Made by a program: the position numbers and the translations under genes
Source of the DNA: Candidatus Hodarchaeum mangrovi
Lineage (GTDB): Archaea; Asgardarchaeota; Heimdallarchaeia; Hodarchaeales; Hodarchaeaceae
Length of the DNA stretch: 15,988 bases
Assembly (NCBI GenBank): GCA_016839515.1
Contig: JAEOUE010000295.1
Span: 1 to 15,988, forward strand
Reading direction: 5' to 3'
Shown: positions 6,225 through 13,771 of the stretch, piece by piece
How positions within the stretch are numbered: the stretch's first letter is position 1
Layout: every line of letters starts with the position of its first letter
The notes under the pieces: model-generated
Told to the model about the DNA's origin: nothing
The model's database searches: none
What the model saw: only the letters and a program-made list of their open reading frames with translations

Positions 6225-9176
6225 ATGAAAAAATATGTAAGTAAAATGACCAAGATATTGTTAATTCTTTTTATTTTACAATATGCCTTAATTTATGATT
6301 TATTTCCAGATTTAAGTAAGTCTTCCTCCTCTATTTTTGCAGATCCTCTTAGATCACAAGGATTTCCTGTTTACGAGTCTAGTTCTTCTTGTTCTGACTT
6401 TCCTGATGTGATTGAAATTGATACAACAAAATCTCTTCAACAGACTACTTATGATATCTTTAATCTTACAGGAGTAAAAAATCCATCTCTAGTTCAATTT
6501 ACTGAAAACATTTGGACTGATGTCTTAGGTACTGATAGTTTAGCTCTTCAAAATAGCGAGATTTTCCAAACTGGACTGATAGTAACGAATTCATCAGTTG
6601 GAAGTCAATTAGAGGAGGAAGTCAATAATTCATTATTTGTAAGAATTGGAAATACTGGTTATGGGTTACCTGTTCCTGAGTCAGGATTCAATCCTGATTT
6701 AAATGAGAACGAAGGTTGGAGTATTTCTTCAGGTCTCTCTGCTGGTTGGAAAATACCTTTCACAATTAGTAGCGAATATGAAGTGGTTAATATAAGTTTT
6801 AATTGGCGTTTTGACGCTATAGACGGAGCTTTTGATTATGATCGTTACGAATATTCCCCAGGAGTCTTTCTCGATGAGAATCCAGATTTTCAGGAGGTAA
6901 GAGCACGTATTTCCCATATCAATCCAGTAAATTCGTTCTGGTTGGAAAATGATCGATCTCCTTCTAATCCTAATGGCACAATTTATTATCGTCGTGGGCC
7001 TGTTGTAGATGGAGATGAAGTGTGGTATCAATTTAATTACTTATTTCAGGTGTCTCCTGATGATTATACATTAGAGCTAGGGGCTTATCTTAATACGAGA
7101 GAGTTTGAACTTGAATATTTCGATGTTTGGTTTGATGAAATCTATATTCAAGGGATAGATAATCTCACTGATAATCTAGCTCCTGTACCAAAGGAGTCGG
7201 GATTGAATAGAACAGCAGATATTACTCAATATGAATTTTTTGCTACTTTTAGAGAAGGATTATGGGAAACACCAGTAAAGAATGTCACAGTTTTTTACAA
7301 CACATCATCTGGTCTGAATACTACCGCCTATAATTCGACTTTAAGTCTTGTTCAGACCTCCTATATAGATAATGCAGGTTATAATAACTCCTATTGGAAT
7401 TTTTCAACTATTTTTCAATTCAATGATTCTATTAGTTATTATTATCTTACATACGATTATCAAGGAAATAATTATGTAAGTCAGAATTATTACTCGGTTA
7501 TTAATGATACAGTTGCTCCAAAGATTACAAGCTCACTTAGTATTACAAATCCCTCATTTATTCGGCAATTAGGGAATGGAAGTTCATTAATCTGTGTCAC
7601 AGTCTATGATTGGGGAAATAATACTGAAGAGGTTAAACTCTGGTATCGGATTGGCACAGGAGACCTTCAGTCGCAGTTATTCCTATTTAATGGTACTCAT
7701 TATATTACAAAAGTCACCTTCGGATTTCTCCAAACAATCTATTTTAATATAACTTTGAAAGATGGTGCTGGTAATTCTAACACCTATTCCGGGTACTCCA
7801 CGAAGAACACTATTGATTCCATCGCACCCACTATAATTTCTAATAGCTTAGTGATATATCCCAGCAAAATTACAGAGAACAAAAACCATGTAAATATATC
7901 TGCTTTTGATCCGTTTGGAGAAATAAGAAGAGTGTTTGTCGAATTTTGGGATCTTCAGGGAGTTCTAAAATTCAATGTAACATTAACTTCCCGTGGAGTA
8001 TTAAATCAGTATTTCTTAAGTCAACCATTAGATTTACCCTATAATCAGTCGTATATTGCTCGTGCTGTAGTTCGTGATCAAAGTGGCTTGAATGCTACTG
8101 CAAATATCACCTATACAGCATTGGATAGCGTGGTACCCCAGTTAGATATTCAAGAAAGTGAATATTTCGAACCTGGAAAGCTAAAGGTGTTCCTTATATC
8201 AAGTGATACTGGTAGTGGCTTAAAATCTTTAGAATATGCTATTTACACACCTACTGGTTGGTCTTCAAGTAAAAGCATTGAATTAACAGGAGCTCGTTAT
8301 TCATTTACCATTCATTCGGAGTTTATAGGGAATGAACGAATCGAGATTCGAATTAGTGCTATTGATAATGCAGGTAATGAAAAAATACTTACGAAAGTTT
8401 ATACAACCAGTTTATTCTTTTTGACCCCCTTTGGATTATTGTTTACTGATGGTTTCATAACCTTTGTGTTTGTTTTTGGCTTTACCATGGTTAAAATTAT
8501 TCAAGCCCGACGAGTTCGTGTTGTACGCCGTAAACGGTTTGATGTAGCCCTCAGTCGGAGTGAACGCTTAGCCTATCTCGGAGAAGAAGCTATCTTTGGA
8601 TTTATTGCTGCTTATGGTCAGAGAGAAGGGAGTTCTAGTGTTTTACTTTGGGAACCCCGTTTAATAGGTGGTTTCTATCAATATCTGAAGGAACTTGTAG
8701 AGAAAGCACACTCACGAGTTGATTTTATCATGCGAATGAAACCAAAGGAAATGGTATCGTATATTGATTTTAATATTGAGGATGTAGCTTGTACTGCTAT
8801 TCTTTTTGCCTATCCTGCTCCTACGTTACCACAACAATGGTTATCAACAATTAGTTTAGACCAAGTGCCTTCTGGACCTGGACAGGGGATTTTACTTATA
8901 ATGTTACTAATGAGAGAACAATGGAACACTGTATCTCAAAGTTTTCAAGAGGAAATTACTGAAGGAGTTCTAGATGTTAAAAATCGGATTCTTGCAGGAG
9001 AAACTAAAGAATCAATACTTGAACAAGCTAGAAACTTTCGTAGATTTATTTCGGAGACCATTGAAGTCCTTGACGAGATAGAAGTTGAATCAGAGGATTT
9101 TGCTGATTCGATTATGGATGGTTTTGAGAATACGTTATTAGAGCAGGATTCGGAGAAGAAAGAAGATAGAAGATGA
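6225..9176 (+). CDS. Single-pass surface protein: signal peptide, CBM-like jelly-roll, Ig-like repeats, TM helix, divergent longin-like domain and acidic tail (receptor C)
   Basis: 983-aa ORF with GAGGT upstream of the ATG and a signal-like N-terminus MKKYVSKMTKILLILFILQYALI. Repeat motifs: DNLAP, DTVAP, DSIAP, DSVVP and DYQGN, DGAGN, DQSGL, DNAGN. TM at ~8412-8500 is followed by RRVRVVRRKR. The tail shares WEP, DF...CTA and LLMREQW with receptor B (WEP, DF...CTA, LLLRREW). Confidence 0.75.
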   Translation: MKKYVSKMTKILLILFILQYALIYDLFPDLSKSSSSIFADPLRSQGFPVYESSSSCSDFPDVIEIDTTKSLQQTTYDIFNLTGVKNPSLVQFTENIWTDVLGTDSLALQNSEIFQTGLIVTNSSVGSQLEEEVNNSLFVRIGNTGYGLPVPESGFNPDLNENEGWSISSGLSAGWKIPFTISSEYEVVNISFNWRFDAIDGAFDYDRYEYSPGVFLDENPDFQEVRARISHINPVNSFWLENDRSPSNPNGTIYYRRGPVVDGDEVWYQFNYLFQVSPDDYTLELGAYLNTREFELEYFDVWFDEIYIQGIDNLTDNLAPVPKESGLNRTADITQYEFFATFREGLWETPVKNVTVFYNTSSGLNTTAYNSTLSLVQTSYIDNAGYNNSYWNFSTIFQFNDSISYYYLTYDYQGNNYVSQNYYSVINDTVAPKITSSLSITNPSFIRQLGNGSSLICVTVYDWGNNTEEVKLWYRIGTGDLQSQLFLFNGTHYITKVTFGFLQTIYFNITLKDGAGNSNTYSGYSTKNTIDSIAPTIISNSLVIYPSKITENKNHVNISAFDPFGEIRRVFVEFWDLQGVLKFNVTLTSRGVLNQYFLSQPLDLPYNQSYIARAVVRDQSGLNATANITYTALDSVVPQLDIQESEYFEPGKLKVFLISSDTGSGLKSLEYAIYTPTGWSSSKSIELTGARYSFTIHSEFIGNERIEIRISAIDNAGNEKILTKVYTTSLFFLTPFGLLFTDGFITFVFVFGFTMVKIIQARRVRVVRRKRFDVALSRSERLAYLGEEAIFGFIAAYGQREGSSSVLLWEPRLIGGFYQYLKELVEKAHSRVDFIMRMKPKEMVSYIDFNIEDVACTAILFAYPAPTLPQQWLSTISLDQVPSGPGQGILLIMLLMREQWNTVSQSFQEEITEGVLDVKNRILAGETKESILEQARNFRRFISETIEVLDEIEVESEDFADSIMDGFENTLLEQDSEKKEDRR

Positions 9177-9202
9177 TTTTATTTCTTCTTTTCTATTTAT
9201 TA
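9177..9202 (+). terminator. T-rich tract after receptor C, possible archaeal oligo-T terminator
   Basis: ttttatttcttcttttctatttatt lies immediately after the TGA. The background is AT-rich, so this is weak. Confidence 0.3.
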
Positions 9203-9227
9203 ATTCATTAGTGGATCACTTAACAAG

Positions 9228-9263
9228 TATAAAAATGCGTTTGATCAAGCAAGAAGAGAGGTA
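9228..9263 (+). promoter_or_regulatory. Candidate TATA box and Shine-Dalgarno for the 78-aa gene
   Basis: TATAAAAA at 9228-9235, about 35 nt before the ATG at 9270, and GAGGT ending at 9263. Confidence 0.35.
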
Positions 9264-9269
9264 CTAGTC

Positions 9270-9506
9270 ATGACTAAATATATGCGATTAAGAACGGAAC
9301 CATGTACTATTTGTAATAAAAAATATGCTCTTGGAATCCCAAGTGGGCAACTAGAACCAGATATTACTGGATTAGATGTCTTTCTTGATCTTCATGGTTT
9401 GGATGAAGAACTTCCACATGCTAGAATTCTCTATATTGATGGTAAGGGCTTCATTAGAACTATTTCAACAATTAAGAAGTTTACAAAAATTCTACGTGAA
9501 GAATAA
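9270..9506 (+). CDS. Small putative zinc-binding protein (CxxC...H...H-x4-YID-x2-G-x2-R)
   Basis: 78-aa ORF with an SD-like GAGGT. Contains CTIC, DLHG and PHARILYIDGKGFIR, resembling a small domain I recall as recurrent in Asgard proteomes (not verified). Confidence 0.7.
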   Translation: MTKYMRLRTEPCTICNKKYALGIPSGQLEPDITGLDVFLDLHGLDEELPHARILYIDGKGFIRTISTIKKFTKILREE

Positions 9507-9533
9507 TTAAATAAAGCTTGGTTATCCTTTGTT

Positions 9534-9977
9534 CTACATAATGTCTAAATGGATACGTTGCGCTGTTCCTCGTGTTCCTTTGCGTGAACAGGTGACACTA
9601 AAAAGTGGAATATTGAAATCCACGGCTAATAAAGTAGCATCGTCAAGATTTTTCGCTACAAGAATGTCCAGTATCGCTCCATCGGTATGACGAAATATTC
9701 TTAAATATACATCCTCAATTTGATAAGACCCTGTCTGATCCCATCCCTTTTCTACGAGTAGTAAAGTTGGCCACAATTCTCCTTTTTTAAACCATTCCTT
9801 ACGCTTTTCTACTGGAGTTTTTATATCTTTATCGGCAAGATTGGGAAAGAAATAGCGTTTATCATCCTCAATGGTATCTTCTAGCATTCTTATATGGGGA
9901 TTTTGTCGCGCTATCCAACCAAAAGTTCTAAACTGCAAGATAATCCAGTCCGTAATTCTACATTCAAGTTTAGGCAA
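9534..9977 (-). CDS. Hypothetical soluble protein
   Basis: 147-aa ORF with a TTG start and protein-like composition that fills the gap between neighbours. The frame stays open upstream to 10076 with no in-frame ATG, so the start is uncertain. No family recognised. Confidence 0.65.
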   Translation of the reverse strand: MPKLECRITDWIILQFRTFGWIARQNPHIRMLEDTIEDDKRYFFPNLADKDIKTPVEKRKEWFKKGELWPTLLLVEKGWDQTGSYQIEDVYLRIFRHTDGAILDILVAKNLDDATLLAVDFNIPLFSVTCSRKGTRGTAQRIHLDIM

Positions 9978-10122
9978 AATGCTAAAGGAGCTATAAGACC
10001 TTTCGCTGAATTTGTATAGTTTTACTTCTAACGCATGACGATTAAAAAAAACTTTTGCTTGAGAACTACTAAAATTCTAGTAAAAATTATTTAGCTATTG
10101 ATATTTCAGGCTTTATCAAAAC

Positions 10123-10641
10123 TCACATTTCTGGATTTAGAGCTGTTTCAGAGGGTTCGTGAAGATCTTTTCTTTTCTGAGGTATTTCTGAGATAATTTT
10201 TACAATATTACGACCCCATACCATGAAAAAAGCTAGTTCGAGTAAGAACATTATTCCTTGCAGGATTATGCTCTCAGAGAAGACCTCAAGTATATATGTA
10301 AGGGCAAAAAGTCCAAAAACATAAACCAAATCAGTAGAAGCTAATTTTCCAGGTGTAAAGGTAATTTCATTTGAGATCCATCTCCAAATTTCCCAATAAG
10401 CAATAATTCCTCCTAATAGGGATCCAAGGACTGCACCGACATAGATTAATGCTGGCCAAATCACAGGTAAGCTAGAAAAACTTGGTTCTTGTCTTGCTAA
10501 GTAATCAAATATACCAATTATGAAGAATACTATTATAAAACTCGAAATACATGTAAAAATAATTGCCAATATAGGACTTATTGGAAGGGAATTTTTCTGG
10601 GGATTTTTTTCCTTTGGAGAGTCAGATTTATCTAAAGACAT
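10123..10641 (-). CDS. Hypothetical membrane protein, about 4 TM helices
   Basis: Four hydrophobic segments. I moved the start from 10695 to the ATG at 10641 (MSLDKSD, 172 aa) because it has GGTGA about 8 nt upstream and avoids overlapping lysS. Probably co-transcribed with lysS (17-bp gap). Confidence 0.75.
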   Translation of the reverse strand: MSLDKSDSPKEKNPQKNSLPISPILAIIFTCISSFIIVFFIIGIFDYLARQEPSFSSLPVIWPALIYVGAVLGSLLGGIIAYWEIWRWISNEITFTPGKLASTDLVYVFGLFALTYILEVFSESIILQGIMFLLELAFFMVWGRNIVKIISEIPQKRKDLHEPSETALNPEM

Positions 10642-10658
10642 TGGGATTTCACCAAATA

Positions 10659-12314
10659 CTACTTTTTTACCGTTTGCAATCGATTTATAACCCATTCACG
10701 ATCAAGAGCAACAATAAATGGGGCAAATCGTGGGCCTTGGGGAGTACCAAGGAAGATTTGATATAGTGCTTGGAAAAAAAGGTTCATTTTCTTTTTGCTT
10801 AATCCAGTTTCTTCGCGTAGAGAAATCATACAGTTCTTAATTTCTTCTTCATTCCAAGGTATTGTCTCAAGTTTTTCAGCCATCTGAAGAATTATTTTCT
10901 GGATTTCATTATCTAGACCTATAATTACTTCATTTGGAATATCTTTCGGGATATTGATTCTTAAATAGGTTGGAGCATATTGAGAATTAACCCATGATCG
11001 TGTATGATTTAATCTTTCTTGAATATGTTCTATAACATCTTTTGAAGGGTTATTTACAAGCATTCCAGTTCCCTGTAGTTTATTGATAGCGATTTCTAAC
11101 CCAGAATTGTCTGATGGTATTAATTGGGTCAATATTAATGCATGGGAATAATCTAACTGAAATCCACGATATGGTGGTACTTGATTATAAAAAACAATCT
11201 CATAACTACGCTTAATAGCAGCTAGTTCCGCATTATCATCAAATGGCTCTAAATCGAAATATATTCGCTGTGCACGATCGTATTCTGCTACATAATTAGG
11301 TACTTTATCTAAACCCAGTATTATTCGGCGTTTTGGCGGTGTTTTTAGATATAAATATTTGAGCACTTCTGGTTCTGTATATTTTAACCAGGTTGTGGGA
11401 GTAAAACCTATAAATCCTGAGCTTGTCATATCGCCAAAGTCTTTTTTATCTTCTGAATAGCCCACCCATTCGTTCCAAAAGCCAAAAGGCCCACGTCGCT
11501 TGAGAACAGTTTCTAAAACCTCTATGCAGCTGTCTCGTGATCCACCTGGTGTAGCATGATCTTTTCCATATGGTTCAAAATGAACATTGAGGGTATACCA
11601 GATTGCTAGCCATTCTAGTCTCCATGTAAGTTTTCCTAGACTAATATCAGACCAGTCTTCTGTATTACATTCTTCGCAATGATACTTGACCTTGTAGGTT
11701 TTAAGATCGACATCAAGTGCTTTTGTTGTTCCAATTCGGTTACAACGAGTACATAAAGGATTAATAGGTATCCAATCTTCGGGAAAGGGGTTTTCTTGCC
11801 GATATTTGTTTAATATTTTTCTAACCTGATTTTTCTTTTTAATAAGCGAGATAACCGTTTTCTTCATATCTTCTCGTTGATACAATTCATGTGTTCTAAT
11901 AATTTGGATATCTTTTCCGAATTTTGGCATGGGAATTCCGAATTCTTTCCAAAAAAAGTCCACCCAAGACTTTTTTGATTCTGATGGATCTGGAACATCA
12001 ATAAGTCGCCAATTAATATATTCCTTCGCTTTTTCAGGATCTTTAAAGGCATTAAGCTGTGCTTCTTTTCCTTTCCATGGATCTGAAGTATAAAGAATTA
12101 AATAATGAGTTGCTTTATAACCACGTGCCTGAAGTTCAGTTGTCACAGCATTTGTTAAAACGATTTCACCCCTTAGACGACCGACGTGTTGTTTCCCTGA
12201 GATAGATATACCACAATTGCAATTAAATTTGGTGACATCAGGCCAATTATTAATTAAATCTGTTGTTAGTTGATCTATCCAATGTTGGGAATATTCTTTT
12301 GGACTTTCGGTCAT
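10659..12314 (-). CDS. lysS: Lysine--tRNA ligase, class I (LysRS1)
   Basis: N-terminal HWIDQL; HIGH-like GISISGKQHVGRL; CTRC and CEEC zinc knuckles; GKLTWRLEW; FEPYGKDH..PGGS; KMSKS-like DMTSS; C-terminal FQALYQIFLG..QGPR anticodon-binding domain. Confidence 0.96.
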   Translation of the reverse strand: MTESPKEYSQHWIDQLTTDLINNWPDVTKFNCNCGISISGKQHVGRLRGEIVLTNAVTTELQARGYKATHYLILYTSDPWKGKEAQLNAFKDPEKAKEYINWRLIDVPDPSESKKSWVDFFWKEFGIPMPKFGKDIQIIRTHELYQREDMKKTVISLIKKKNQVRKILNKYRQENPFPEDWIPINPLCTRCNRIGTTKALDVDLKTYKVKYHCEECNTEDWSDISLGKLTWRLEWLAIWYTLNVHFEPYGKDHATPGGSRDSCIEVLETVLKRRGPFGFWNEWVGYSEDKKDFGDMTSSGFIGFTPTTWLKYTEPEVLKYLYLKTPPKRRIILGLDKVPNYVAEYDRAQRIYFDLEPFDDNAELAAIKRSYEIVFYNQVPPYRGFQLDYSHALILTQLIPSDNSGLEIAINKLQGTGMLVNNPSKDVIEHIQERLNHTRSWVNSQYAPTYLRINIPKDIPNEVIIGLDNEIQKIILQMAEKLETIPWNEEEIKNCMISLREETGLSKKKMNLFFQALYQIFLGTPQGPRFAPFIVALDREWVINRLQTVKK

Positions 12315-12544
12315 TTTCTCTCGCCAGAATGTTTCTTATCTAATAACAGTCTCAATGAAAAAGGGTTAAAAAAACCATTTTTTCCTATCTGATAGAGCTA
12401 TTTCAAAAAAGAGGAAATATTAATTGAATAATAGCTTTAAGTGTTAAGAAGGAATTATTTCTATATAAATTTATTAGACTTAAGTACGAGACTAAATTGT
12501 ATATTTAGATTACTGTTCATTTCAAGATAGGTGAAAAATAAGAA
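12315..12544. promoter_or_regulatory. Divergent promoter region between lysS and the GlmU-like gene
   Basis: 230-bp AT-rich gap between divergent starts with TATA-like tracts (ctatataaat at 12461-12470). AGGTGA SD at 12529-12534 precedes the ATG at 12545. Confidence 0.5.
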
Positions 12545-13771
12545 ATGAAGGCATTAATTCTGGCAGGGGGTAGTGGAAAGGAAATGTTACCAATTTCAAA
12601 GTACTGTCCCAAGACTTTTTTGTCTTTACATGGCAAATTTCTTGTGGAATATGTGATTGATGGTCTAAGGGAAGCTGGGTTTGAAGAATTCGTGGTTGTA
12701 GTGGGGCATCTAGGAGAAAAAGTCGATATATTATTGGAAAAATATCAAGGAAAGAATATTATTCTTGATATTGTCAATCAAGAGGAAAAAAAGGGTATTG
12801 AAGGGGCAATCTTAGCTGGAAGCGACCATTTTTCCAAAACTGAACCATTTATATTGGCTTATGGGGATATCATTGCTCCTTCTAAATTTTATCAACATTT
12901 AATGAATTCCTACATCAATACAGCTGCTGATGGTGCAATTGCAGTCACCTTAGTAGGCAAATCCTTTGAATTCGGAATAGCTAGTCTTGATGACAGAGGT
13001 TTTATTACCAAGATTCTTCCTGAGACTTCAACGAATGGTGATGAGGCGAATTATATTTTTGCTGGAGCTTCCATTCTTCCAGGTGAATTCTTTCATGTTC
13101 TACAAGACGAAAAGAAATTAACTTCAGCTTTAGGACGATTACTCAAAGAGCAGCGGCGTATTTGTGCTTCTGTTTGGTTGAATGAATGGATAGATGTTGG
13201 GTATGGATGGGATCTTCTAGAAGCAAATAAAGACGTTTTCAAAAACATTGAATACTCACGTATTCATAAATCAGCTAAGATTTCTCCTTCTGCACATATT
13301 TCAGGATTAATATTCATTGAAAAGAATGTTACAATTGATCACAATGCCGAGATTGTTGGACCCTGTTTTATTGGAGAAAATGCATATATTGGTACCAATA
13401 GTTTAATAAGAAGTTTTTCTTGTATTGAAAAGAACTGTACAATAGGATTCTCAGTCGAGGTAAAAAATTCCGTTATTCAACCAAATGTAAAGATTGGTCG
13501 TTTATCTTATATTGGTGATAGTGTAATCGGAGAAGGAGCTAACATTGGAGCTGGAGTTACTACAATAAACTACATAAAAGGTCTTTCTCCCGATATACAC
13601 CCAATGATTATCAAAGGACGCGAGTATGACAAACTAGGGGCCATAATAGGTCCTAGAGTAGATCTTGGATCGAATACTGTTATTCTTCCCACTATTAAAA
13701 TTAATCATGACGAAATTATCCCTCCAGGTTCTGTAGTCAAATCCGATAAAATGAAAAAAAGAGAAGATTAG
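12545..13771 (+). CDS. GlmU-like sugar-phosphate nucleotidyltransferase with left-handed beta-helix domain; catalytic motifs appear degenerate
   Basis: MKALILAGGSG...P...PK, AYGD and WIDVG..WDLLEAN; hexapeptide repeats (IVGPCFIGENAYIG, LSYIGDSVIGEGANIGAG, KLGAIIG) as in archaeal bifunctional GlmU. Confidence 0.88.
   Translation: MKALILAGGSGKEMLPISKYCPKTFLSLHGKFLVEYVIDGLREAGFEEFVVVVGHLGEKVDILLEKYQGKNIILDIVNQEEKKGIEGAILAGSDHFSKTEPFILAYGDIIAPSKFYQHLMNSYINTAADGAIAVTLVGKSFEFGIASLDDRGFITKILPETSTNGDEANYIFAGASILPGEFFHVLQDEKKLTSALGRLLKEQRRICASVWLNEWIDVGYGWDLLEANKDVFKNIEYSRIHKSAKISPSAHISGLIFIEKNVTIDHNAEIVGPCFIGENAYIGTNSLIRSFSCIEKNCTIGFSVEVKNSVIQPNVKIGRLSYIGDSVIGEGANIGAGVTTINYIKGLSPDIHPMIIKGREYDKLGAIIGPRVDLGSNTVILPTIKINHDEIIPPGSVVKSDKMKKRED

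Noticed and set aside
6729-7031. 100-aa minus-strand ORF
   Set aside because: Antisense shadow within receptor C; no recognisable features.
3-9176. Reading the three large genes as simple S-layer or adhesin proteins
   Set aside because: This does not explain the ~200-aa cytoplasmic domains, which are the most conserved part between paralogs.
9210-9220. Short palindrome AGTG-gat-CACT upstream of the small gene's TATA-like box
   Set aside because: Only 4-bp arms and a single occurrence; not distinguishable from chance.
10642-10695. Longer N-terminus for the 4-TM protein
   Set aside because: It would overlap lysS by 37 bp; the ATG at 10641 has a GGTGA SD.
10581-10766. 61-aa plus-strand ORF
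   Set aside because: Overlaps two well-supported minus-strand genes.
11864-12052. 62-aa alternative-frame ORF
   Set aside because: Nested within intact lysS; no sign of a frameshift or independent start.
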